DNA of 64,000 nt from Candidatus Latescibacterota bacterium (GTDB taxonomy: Bacteria; Latescibacterota; UBA2968; UBA8231): contig CBDETK010000013.1 in NCBI GenBank assembly GCA_965242865.1, positions 1,632,001 to 1,696,000 of the forward strand, given 5' to 3'. This document shows positions 25,555-33,952 of the stretch, piece by piece; position 1 is the stretch's first letter, and the number at the start of each line of letters is the position of its first letter. Position numbers and translations under genes: made by a program. The notes beneath the pieces are model-generated. The model had not been told where the DNA came from, ran no database searches, and saw only the letters and a program-made list of their open reading frames with translations.

Positions 25555-27089
25555 GGTGACACCTCCGGTTTCGGGTTTTTACCCAATTTGGCGAGCAAAT
25601 CTTCAACGCTCGCAGCCGCGTCTAGGGCCTCGTTATAATAAGCCGCTGTCTCCCTGCCGACACAAGCCTTGAGGTCAATGACCTCGGAGCGTCCGTCGAG
25701 TTCCAGCTCGATGCTATCCCAGTTGAGCGAGCGCACGGCCGCGGCGAATTTTTGCAATACCTTGCCGCGGAAATAGGCGCGCGTGTCCCCAGGCGGCTCA
25801 ATTAACGCCCGGGCCACCTCCTCCTCGGAGACCACGCGCTCTACTTGGCCGGCCGCTTCGAGCGCCGCATACAGCCCCTCGGCCGGGTCGATGTTGTGGT
25901 ATTCGAGGTCTTGACTTTGCAGCCAAGCGCGGTCTTCCGGCCGTTCCCAATCGAGGCCCTCGGCCGCGGCAAACGCATCCAAAAGCCACTTTTTGGTCAC
26001 CCAATCGACGCGGCCAACCAACGCTCCGGGGTCGCCGGCGAGGGCATCCAACACGTCGCGCCAAGCCGCGAGGACCCAATCGGTCTCTGCGTCGCGCCCC
26101 TGAAAAAGCCGTGCGGCCGCGCCCATAATGGCCTGCTGAATCTCCAGCGCCGAGCGCACCGCGCCCCCGGCCAACGCCACCGGCCACCGCCGAGATTCGT
26201 CGCGGGAAATGGCCTTGAGCGCGCCAATGGGATCGGCCAAGGCCACGGCCGGCAACGCGCCGACCTCCAGCAGGTCGAGCGCCAAGGAAGCGGTGCCGAC
26301 CTTGAGCGCGGTGGCGTATTCGCACATGTTGGCGTCGCCGATGATCAGGTGTAAGCGGCGGTAGCGAGCGGGATCGGCGTGCGGCTCGTCGCGGGTGTTG
26401 ACCAGCGGCCGGCGGTGCATGGTATCGACGCTGGCAATGACCTCGAAAAAGTCCGCCCGCTGGGTTAGCTGGTACGTGGCGGCCGACGCCCGGGCGTCTT
26501 GCTCGACCCCGACTTTGCCGGCCCCGGCAAAAATTTGGCGCGTCACCACAAAGGGCAGCAGCCCGTTGACCACCTGCTCAAAGGGGATGTCGCGGCTGAG
26601 TAGGAAGTTTTCGTGGCAGCCGTAGCTGTGCCCCTCAAAATCCGTGTTGTTTTTGTACAACCGCACTGCGCCGCGCCCGCGGTCCACGGTGCGCTGGCGC
26701 GCACACTGGAGGAGGATTCGCTCCCCGGCGCGATCGACCGCGACCAAGTCGCGGAGGCCATAGCATTCTGGAGTGGAAAATTCCGGGTGGGTGTGGTCGT
26801 TGTACAGGCGCGCCCCGTTGTGGACGATCAGGTCGCTTTTCAGGTCCGCTAGCGGGATGGGGCGCTGGCGGTCCTTCTGCAAGTGGACCGTCTCGTCTTG
26901 GTCGTTGCGGAGCTGTTCTACCTCAAAGCCGCGCATGTCGAGCCGCGGGTTTTCGAGCGCGTAATTCCACAGCGCGACAAAATCTTGACGGCCATAGCAC
27001 CGGATTAGCTCCATGGACTCGACGACCACATCCATGGACTCACCAGTCTCGATGCCGTATTCGGTTTCTAGCCCGCAGAGCCGCTGCAT
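25551..27089 (-). CDS. dop: Depupylase/deamidase Dop homologue
   Basis: GLETEYGI, Dop-loop-like WNYALENPRLDMRGF, NGARLYNDHTHPEFSTPEC, YKNNTD...SYGCHEN, NTRDEPHAD, TRAYFRG. Confidence 0.88.
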   Translation of the reverse strand: MQRLCGLETEYGIETGESMDVVVESMELIRCYGRQDFVALWNYALENPRLDMRGFEVEQLRNDQDETVHLQKDRQRPIPLADLKSDLIVHNGARLYNDHTHPEFSTPECYGLRDLVAVDRAGERILLQCARQRTVDRGRGAVRLYKNNTDFEGHSYGCHENFLLSRDIPFEQVVNGLLPFVVTRQIFAGAGKVGVEQDARASAATYQLTQRADFFEVIASVDTMHRRPLVNTRDEPHADPARYRRLHLIIGDANMCEYATALKVGTASLALDLLEVGALPAVALADPIGALKAISRDESRRWPVALAGGAVRSALEIQQAIMGAAARLFQGRDAETDWVLAAWRDVLDALAGDPGALVGRVDWVTKKWLLDAFAAAEGLDWERPEDRAWLQSQDLEYHNIDPAEGLYAALEAAGQVERVVSEEEVARALIEPPGDTRAYFRGKVLQKFAAAVRSLNWDSIELELDGRSEVIDLKACVGRETAAYYNEALDAAASVEDLLAKLGKNPKPEVSP

Positions 27090-27097
27090 GAGCTGAG

Positions 27098-28801
27098 TCA
27101 GATCACCTGGCCGACGCGCTTTTCCGCTGCCTTTTCCGGCTGGGGTCTAACGGGCGTTACCTTCACCACGTTCTCCGGCTCGTAGTCGAGCAGCTTGAGC
27201 CAGTCCTCGACGCTGTCCGAGGGGGGGAACACCTCGTTTTCGCGGTATTCGGCCCGGGTCGCCTGCCGCAGATCCTGGCCGCGGATCCCGCCTTGGGGGT
27301 CGCCCTCGGCGATGGCGCGCTTAATGGCCATTTCCTTGGCCCGCGATACGACCGAGGCGATGATGGCTCCGGAGATCAGGTCGCCCCAGTAGAGCACTTC
27401 TTGGCGACCGCTGCGCAGCGACACCTCCAAGAAGCGGGCCTCGTCGCCTTTGGCAAACAACTCGTCGAGCCCTTCCTGTATTAGGGCCTGCCGCGCGGCC
27501 TCCTCGCCGTGGTGCCGCTCCACTTCGGCGCGGTCGATGGGCAGGTCGGGCTTGAGGTAAATGCCCAAAATGTCGCCGGCCGCCTCGTAGTTGGGGCGGG
27601 CTACTTTGATCTTGCGGTCGATGCGGCCGGGCCTGAGCACGGCCGGGTCAATTAGATCGTGGCGGTTGGAGGCCAAAATCAGCACCACGTCGTGCAGGGA
27701 TTCAATTCCGTCCATCTCAGTGCAAAACATCGGCACCACCGTGTTGGAGATGTTGTGGCTGCGCATTGAGCGCCGCGTGCCCAAAATGGACTCGGCTTCG
27801 TCGATAAAGACAAAGGGCAAATAGCCCTCCTTGCGCTTTTGGCGCGCTTGGGCAAAGACTTCGCGCACCATGCGCTCGGTCTCCCCGAGCCACATGTTGA
27901 GGATCTCCGGCCCCTTGATGTGCATGAAGTATTCCTCTAACTCCAGTCCCTCAACCTCGCGTACATGCTGCACCAAGTTATACGCCGTGGCCTTGCCAAT
28001 GAGGGTCTTGCCGCAGCCCGGGGGGCCGTAGAGCAAAAAGCCCTTGGGGGTTGAGTACTCAAAGCGCTCAAAGAGCTGGGGGTGCAAGGCCGGCAGCTCA
28101 ATGGTGTCGCGGATGGCCTCAATGGCTTCGGCTTGGCCGCCGATGCTCGCCCACGGGGTGGGGGGAACCTCCTCGATGAAGTACTCCTTGCTCTCGGCCG
28201 ACTGCAACACTTCAAGCGCCACCTTGTAGGCCGGGTCCAGCCGCACCTCGTCGCCGATTTGCAAATCCGCGTCCGCCAATTCTGCGGCTCGCTCCACGAC
28301 CACCTCTTGGGTCCCGTGCGCTTGGGCAATCCGCAACCGGCCCTCTGGCAGCAGATCGCCGACCTTGGCCACCGGCCCCGAGGGACTCGGCCCCAAGTTG
28401 CCGACGACCGCGTAGGCTTCGTTGACCAGCACCCGACAGCCGACTTGGAGCTGAGACGCATCTACGCGCGGGTCGATGTTGGCATAGTACTCGGCGCTGC
28501 CGACGAAGACGGTGGCAATCCCCGCGCTCGGCATGCCGAGGAAGATGCCGACGCGATTGGCCGGTGCGGTCACCTTCTCTAGGGCGGCTTCCATTTCCAC
28601 CAGCGCCCGGCGCGCCTCCTGAAAGGCGATCTCTCGCTCCATGAGCTGACGCCGGAGGCGGTACAATAGGGGCCGGGCCGGGTCGCGGTCGGGGGCCAAC
28701 GCGAGCAGCTGATCGACCAAGCGCAACGGCTCGGCCACCTGCTCTTCGCGCTCTTCGCGCTCGCGGTCCTCGTCGTATTCGTGCGATTTTCTGCGGTTCA
28801 T
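27098..28801 (-). CDS. arc: Proteasome-associated AAA+ ATPase (ARC/Mpa family)
   Basis: N-terminal coiled coil, interdomain region, GPPGCGKT, IKGPEILNMWLGETER, VFIDEAES, ASNRHDLIDPAVLRPGRID. Confidence 0.92.
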   Translation of the reverse strand: MNRRKSHEYDEDREREEREEQVAEPLRLVDQLLALAPDRDPARPLLYRLRRQLMEREIAFQEARRALVEMEAALEKVTAPANRVGIFLGMPSAGIATVFVGSAEYYANIDPRVDASQLQVGCRVLVNEAYAVVGNLGPSPSGPVAKVGDLLPEGRLRIAQAHGTQEVVVERAAELADADLQIGDEVRLDPAYKVALEVLQSAESKEYFIEEVPPTPWASIGGQAEAIEAIRDTIELPALHPQLFERFEYSTPKGFLLYGPPGCGKTLIGKATAYNLVQHVREVEGLELEEYFMHIKGPEILNMWLGETERMVREVFAQARQKRKEGYLPFVFIDEAESILGTRRSMRSHNISNTVVPMFCTEMDGIESLHDVVLILASNRHDLIDPAVLRPGRIDRKIKVARPNYEAAGDILGIYLKPDLPIDRAEVERHHGEEAARQALIQEGLDELFAKGDEARFLEVSLRSGRQEVLYWGDLISGAIIASVVSRAKEMAIKRAIAEGDPQGGIRGQDLRQATRAEYRENEVFPPSDSVEDWLKLLDYEPENVVKVTPVRPQPEKAAEKRVGQVI

Positions 28802-28896
28802 GGTTCAGTCGCTTACTACGCGACGCCAGCGTCCAGCCAGCCGCGGATCGACGGATCGAGGGCGGGACGCAAGGGTCGCGTACTTAGGTTCAGTCG
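28802..28896 (-). other. Structured hairpin bracketed by 10-bp direct repeats in the arc 5' leader
   Basis: ggttcagtcg at 28802-28811 and 28887-28896; nested IRs tacgcgac/gtcgcgta (28817/28875) and gcgtcc/ggacgc (28829/28865). Confidence 0.6.
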
Positions 28897-28905
28897 TTTC
28901 AATCA

Positions 28906-29610
28906 CTAGTGAATCACGTCGCCGAGACGTCCGTAGCGCACTCGGCTGGGCGCGCGCCAGACAAAGCTGGCCACCACTGCGGGCAGCGAGCTCAGGTCGC
29001 TGTAGTACGGCCCGCGGGTGTCGGGCTCCCACGACCAATAGATGTTCATGGCCTTGCCCTTGATCAGCCGCTCGGGCACGGCTAGGAAGAGGCGGCTATC
29101 GGCGCTGTTGTCGCGGTTGTCGCCCATCATAAAGAAGTGCTCATCGGGCACGATATAGGGGCCGAAGTTGTCGCGTGCGCCGCGCGCGGCCGAGAGTATT
29201 CTGCGTTCCGTGTACTTGGCCTGCGGCGGGTCGGGCTGACGCTGGCCATCGACGTAGAGCACTTTGTTGACGATCTCTACTTTTTGTCCCCCGATGGCCA
29301 CGCAGCGCTTGATTAAATCGCGATCCTCGTCTTGCGGGGAGCGGAAGATGACGATGTCGCCCGGCTGGGGTTTTCTGAGGGCGGGCAGGCGAAACAGGGA
29401 GATGCTCGTCAGGGGGACGTCGACCGGAACGCCGTAGATGAACTTGTTGGCCAGTAGATAATCGCCGACCAAGAGCGTGTCTTCCATCGAACCCGAAGGG
29501 ATGTAAAAGGCTTGCACCACCCCGGTGCGGATGACCAGAAACAACCCTACGACAGTTAATATAGAATACAGGTATTGGCCGAGTTCGGACTTTTGCTTGG
29601 CCTGCTCCAT
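28906..29610 (-). CDS. lepB: Signal peptidase I
   Basis: One TM helix, IPSGSMEDTL (catalytic Ser), LIKRC (catalytic Lys), MGDNRDNSADSR; GAGGAG 9 nt upstream of 29610. Confidence 0.95.
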   Translation of the reverse strand: MEQAKQKSELGQYLYSILTVVGLFLVIRTGVVQAFYIPSGSMEDTLLVGDYLLANKFIYGVPVDVPLTSISLFRLPALRKPQPGDIVIFRSPQDEDRDLIKRCVAIGGQKVEIVNKVLYVDGQRQPDPPQAKYTERRILSAARGARDNFGPYIVPDEHFFMMGDNRDNSADSRLFLAVPERLIKGKAMNIYWSWEPDTRGPYYSDLSSLPAVVASFVWRAPSRVRYGRLGDVIH

Positions 29611-29651
29611 TCGCAGCATCTCCTCAGACCTGAGTATAACGAACTACCGCT

Positions 29652-31637
29652 CTAGCCGCTATTCCGCCCACCGCTTGAGCGCAGTAATTGAGCTGTCTTG
29701 TGGGCTTTGTTTTTTAGCGCATAATCCAGCGGCGTACGACCCTTTTTGTCCTTGGCCTTCAGGAAGGCTCCCTTAGCCAGCAACCCCTGCGCCGTTGGGA
29801 GAGCATCCTGCTCGGCCGCATAGTGCAGCGGCGTACAATCGTTCTTGTCCCTAGAGTTGACCTTTGCCCTTGAAGAAGTGCGTCTATGGTCGAGCAACAC
29901 CTTGACCGTTTGGTGAGCATCCCGCTTGGCCGCATAGTGTAGCGGCGTCGGCGTCTTGCCCTTCTTGGTCTTGGCATTCGGATCGGCTCCCTTAGCCAGC
30001 AACACCTTGACCGTCTGGTGAGCATCCTGCTCGGCCGCATAGTGCAACGGCGTCCAACCCTTTTTGTCCTTGACATTCGGATCGGCTCCCTTAGCCAGCA
30101 ACGCAGTCGCTTTCGCATAGTCGTCGATTTCCGCCACTGCGTGCAGCACGTAGGGATCTGGGGCGTCTTTGGACTGCGTATTTCTAGCCCAATCAATCTT
30201 CTCGTAATTTTCGGCGTAGGGATCTGGGGCGTCTTTGGACTGCGTATCGGCAGGTTGACGCGGGCGGACAGCTTGAGAAGGCCGCTTCGTTCGCCCTTGC
30301 TGCCAGACGGCATTTAGCTCGGCGGCACTCTTGGGATCATCTACCAGCGACAGAAGCACCTGCTTAGTCGCCGCGAACATGGCCTGCTTCACCCGACCCA
30401 ACTCCTGCTTGATCGGAGCAAAATCGTGGCCTTGAGATTGCTTAATTTTGTCAATCTTTTCGCCAAACTTCTCCGCTACATCCGCATCTACCACCTCATT
30501 TAGATCAAGATTGAGTTCCTCTAGCAACTTAGCACTTTGCTCGTCTTGCTTGATCGCCTTTTCATACATTGAAAAGACGCTTTCCAACTCCCCTTTCAAT
30601 TTGGCTCCCAAATTCTCAACCGGCTGATTGTGGTCACGGAAAAAATCAGACAGGGACAGACCATCCGACGGATATGCCCGACCCCGCTCGTCCCTGAGAC
30701 TGCTGTACGCGCTGATTCCCTCCGGCTCTAACCCTTCGTCTTTCAGCGTCTCCTTCACCTTATCCAGAGTATTCTCTAGTTGGCTTGGGGACATGAGGTC
30801 GGCCTTCGTCAAAACCACGTAAAACGGACGACCATTCAGTTCCAAGCCATCAATGAAATTCAAATCGGCCGCGGTCACTTCGCCGCTCTTCGCACTGATC
30901 ATCCAAATTAAGGCCGCGTCCTTATCTTTGAGCGACTCAGCCGCTGTCGCCTCGTCGCCGCCAGTCTGTCTCCCAGCCGAATCATAGCCGGGCGTGTCGA
31001 TCAAACAGATATGCTCAAAGCCCGCCTGCAACGGCACCTCCACAGCGATAGCAGGCATCAGATGCCTAAACGCGATCATGGAGTTGCGAGACGATTGCGA
31101 GTCGTGGGACAATTGCTTGTAGAGGTCCGGATCAATATCCACGGTAGCCCCGGTGTGAGCGAAGCCCTTGATCGCAACATCCGTACTGGCCATTACATAC
31201 GACGAAATGGCCGTAACCGGCGTAATACCTTCGGGCAACTCTATTCCGGAATCCGTGATAAAGCTATTGACAAACGCCGACTTGCCGCTGCTGAACCCGC
31301 CGCCGATGGCAATAGACCGCTTGGCAAATGTGTGGGGGAAAGCCACGATCTTTTCCAACCGCTTTTCGAGGGCCTGTAACCGCTGCACGGCTGTCGCTTC
31401 GTCGGCCAGCGAGGACTCCTTATTGGCGAAGGCCATGAAGTCCTCGTTGAAGACCTTCTTGAACTTCTCAAACGCTTCGTTTTCACCGGGTTTGGCCGCT
31501 AGCAGTCTAGAGACCAAATCGTACTTTTGCCGAACAGCCGCTAAATCGGCCTGTGTCTGAGCACACTTTTGCTGCATGGCCGCTAAATCGGCCTGTGTCT
31601 GAGCACACTTTTGCCTCCTAAACAGCTTGCCGAACAT
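29652..31637 (-). CDS. Dynamin-like GTPase with C-terminal ankyrin repeats
   Basis: G1 GGFSSGKS, G2 GITPVT, G3 DTPG, G4 TKAD; then ankyrin units (GWTPLHYAAEQDAHQTVKVLLAKGADPN, TPLHYAA x3, TPLDYA); GGAAGG RBS before ATG 31637. Confidence 0.88.
   Translation of the reverse strand: MFGKLFRRQKCAQTQADLAAMQQKCAQTQADLAAVRQKYDLVSRLLAAKPGENEAFEKFKKVFNEDFMAFANKESSLADEATAVQRLQALEKRLEKIVAFPHTFAKRSIAIGGGFSSGKSAFVNSFITDSGIELPEGITPVTAISSYVMASTDVAIKGFAHTGATVDIDPDLYKQLSHDSQSSRNSMIAFRHLMPAIAVEVPLQAGFEHICLIDTPGYDSAGRQTGGDEATAAESLKDKDAALIWMISAKSGEVTAADLNFIDGLELNGRPFYVVLTKADLMSPSQLENTLDKVKETLKDEGLEPEGISAYSSLRDERGRAYPSDGLSLSDFFRDHNQPVENLGAKLKGELESVFSMYEKAIKQDEQSAKLLEELNLDLNEVVDADVAEKFGEKIDKIKQSQGHDFAPIKQELGRVKQAMFAATKQVLLSLVDDPKSAAELNAVWQQGRTKRPSQAVRPRQPADTQSKDAPDPYAENYEKIDWARNTQSKDAPDPYVLHAVAEIDDYAKATALLAKGADPNVKDKKGWTPLHYAAEQDAHQTVKVLLAKGADPNAKTKKGKTPTPLHYAAKRDAHQTVKVLLDHRRTSSRAKVNSRDKNDCTPLHYAAEQDALPTAQGLLAKGAFLKAKDKKGRTPLDYALKNKAHKTAQLLRSSGGRNSG
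30149..30247. repeat. 33-bp exact in-frame duplication, 66 bp apart (TQSKDAPDPY x2), at the dynamin/ankyrin junction
   Basis: cgtagggatctggggcgtctttggactgcgtat at 30149-30181 and 30215-30247. Confidence 0.93.
31537..31614. repeat. 42-bp-period tandem duplication (QKCAQTQADLAA x2)
   Basis: 36 identical bp at 31537-31572 and 31579-31614. Confidence 0.93.
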
Positions 31638-31643
31638 AGAGCT

Positions 31644-31731
31644 GTCCTTCCCACGAAAGCGGAATCCAGTCAAACAAGGTGTGCAGACGGTATCTTTTCG
31701 CCATCTCCGCGAAAGCGAGAATCCAGTCAAA
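31644..31731. repeat. Two degenerate tandem dRS3/REP-like units between dynamin genes
   Basis: cttcccacgaaagcggaatccagtcaaa and catctccgcgaaagcgagaatccagtcaaa; same family as the palindrome at 21963-21990. Confidence 0.7.
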
Positions 31732-31747
31732 TAGGCGATTCATTGGC

Positions 31748-33952
31748 TCACTCGATCTTTTTCAACTCGCCCTTGATCAGGTTGATTCTCTTTAACACCA
31801 TCTCTTTGTTTTCAATGGATTTCTCAAGCGAGGCAAGATCCTCTTGCAACTGTTCTAGCAGTCGCTTTTCCAGAGGAATTTTTTTCATCTCTGAGGTGAA
31901 ACGTCTTACGTATGCTCTTATCTCTTTTCTCAGCCCTATACAGAGATCATTAGCATAGTCACACGCCGTATTAAAAAACTTCTCTGCCTTAGCGTCTTCC
32001 AATACACCTTGGGGTTTCAACTTTGGCGGCATCTGGTACTCAAAATCCGGCACAGGTATGGCTTTGACGGTGCTACTGATAACTCGGCGGATCACGGAGG
32101 CTTCCAAGCTATCATCTGGAAAATTTTCCCGCAAAATTTTGGTCATGTTACGGTTGAGTTCCTTCCGCCAATCTTTCTTTTTTTCCTCTGCTTTCTCCAC
32201 AACTTCCTCCACCAAGTTTTCAGAAAAATGTGACAAGTGATTGACGATTGCATTCGTGCGGATGGTCTTATGAACCTTAGTACGAGTTTTCTTAAATATA
32301 ATACCCTCCTCATAGTGTTCTATTCGATCTCTCTCTTCGGTTTCTATTTTTCTTTTTAGATCCTCGTCCCTAATCCTTACCTCATTTCGCATAGATTTCC
32401 CGATGCGATCAACCGAGTCGTCCTTTGCATCCTCAATATCCAAAGAAGCCTCTTTGAGAGACGCTTCCAGCGTTCTCCGCTGTTCCTTGAGCCTTTGAAT
32501 ATCCGTCCCCTCAATTTCGGCTTGTCTCTCCTCGGCAAACGCGAGTAACCCCGCTTTCAGGTCCTGTAGCGACTGGCTTTTGTCGTGTACATAAGCGTCG
32601 ATGCGCTCTTCAAGAATCTCCTGCTTTCTCGCCCGCACCTGCTCAACAATGCTCTGAATCGCCGATAGGTTGGACAGCTTATCTAAATTGAGGGCCGATC
32701 GGTACTCGTCCGTGGCGGAGAAATAATCGGGATAACTCCTCTGCAAACGGTTCCACAAGTGCTTCATGGCCTCGTCCCATCCGTCCTCTTCCCCAAAGCG
32801 TTGCTTCAGGCTTTCGCAAATACTTGAAGAATGGATGACTCTGCTTTGGCCTTCTTTGAGCAACTGATCATAGGTATCTCCCTCCTCGGGATAATTCTTT
32901 TTTAGATCGGCGATGACCTTTTTCAAGTGCCCCCCAAGGCCCTCGGTGATACCGTCTAATACGCGATCCAACTGCCCGTCGTACTTCTCTTTCTCACTGG
33001 CAAACAATTCAGTATCTACTTTTACCGCCGCGACATACAGTTCCCGAACTCCCTGCTTGGTGGTGATTCGACCCATCAGTTCCTGATCCACCTTATTCAT
33101 AAATTGACTCGCCGGGCTAACCACGAGCACCACGTCGCATCGACTCAGGAGATCTCGGGTTCGTTGCTCTCGGGACTGCACCGGATCGTTGATACCCGGG
33201 GTATCTACGATCTCTATGTCCTGTAGATTCTTTTGGGGCAGCCGAATGTTGACGCTTTTGGTAAAAGGCATGTACGGGCCGTCCGCGCCCACGTAGTCCT
33301 CCAGTTGGCCTTGCAATGCCGAAAGGTCTCCCGACAAATCCAAGAGCTTGCTTGCCCCTAAACTCTCAACGGATATGCCGCTATCTTTTATTTTTTCTTG
33401 TTGCTCATGGGAGGCCGCGAGGACGGGATAATCTTCGCGCATCTTCCTTGCTGCCCTGCGCCGCACTCGGTCCCTTTCTTCCGAGGACATACTTCCGCGG
33501 GGATTTCTTAGGCTGCGGCTTTTGCTCTCTTTTTCCGCCAAAAGCGCGTCGGTGATCTCCTTCAACTGCCTTTCGTATTCTTCGGCTTTAGCCTCAATAT
33601 CCTCAAGGTCCTCGGGCGTAAAAAATTCCACTTCCGCTTGCTCCACCTCCCCGTGCGAAAGAACCGCCAAGGCCGCTGTCATGGGGGTCGCCGCCTTGGG
33701 CAGAATGCTCTGTCCCTCGAAGAGGAGGGCGTTTAGCAGCGAGGATTTCCCCGAGTTGACCCGCCCCACAATGCCGATCTTCAGCAGCCGTTCCGCGTCG
33801 GCAATGGCCGCCAATTCTTCTTGCAGCTTCTTGGCCGCGGGAATGCTGTGTTCAGCGCAAAGGCCCGCGGCTTCATCGCCGAGAAAGTCGCGACGCTTGT
33901 CAACGACCTGCTCTATCTTTTCTCGATAGGTGACTATTCCGCTAGCATTCAT
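31748..33952 (-). CDS. Dynamin-like GTPase
   Basis: GRVNSGKS, PKAATPMT, DTPGINDP, KVD; long helical C-terminus; start overlaps the upstream stop (TAATG). Confidence 0.9.
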   Translation of the reverse strand: MNASGIVTYREKIEQVVDKRRDFLGDEAAGLCAEHSIPAAKKLQEELAAIADAERLLKIGIVGRVNSGKSSLLNALLFEGQSILPKAATPMTAALAVLSHGEVEQAEVEFFTPEDLEDIEAKAEEYERQLKEITDALLAEKESKSRSLRNPRGSMSSEERDRVRRRAARKMREDYPVLAASHEQQEKIKDSGISVESLGASKLLDLSGDLSALQGQLEDYVGADGPYMPFTKSVNIRLPQKNLQDIEIVDTPGINDPVQSREQRTRDLLSRCDVVLVVSPASQFMNKVDQELMGRITTKQGVRELYVAAVKVDTELFASEKEKYDGQLDRVLDGITEGLGGHLKKVIADLKKNYPEEGDTYDQLLKEGQSRVIHSSSICESLKQRFGEEDGWDEAMKHLWNRLQRSYPDYFSATDEYRSALNLDKLSNLSAIQSIVEQVRARKQEILEERIDAYVHDKSQSLQDLKAGLLAFAEERQAEIEGTDIQRLKEQRRTLEASLKEASLDIEDAKDDSVDRIGKSMRNEVRIRDEDLKRKIETEERDRIEHYEEGIIFKKTRTKVHKTIRTNAIVNHLSHFSENLVEEVVEKAEEKKKDWRKELNRNMTKILRENFPDDSLEASVIRRVISSTVKAIPVPDFEYQMPPKLKPQGVLEDAKAEKFFNTACDYANDLCIGLRKEIRAYVRRFTSEMKKIPLEKRLLEQLQEDLASLEKSIENKEMVLKRINLIKGELKKIE

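Noticed and set aside
28906-29610. Functional link between lepB and the proteasome or dynamin operons
   Set aside because: Ordinary housekeeping signal peptidase; adjacency alone is not evidence.
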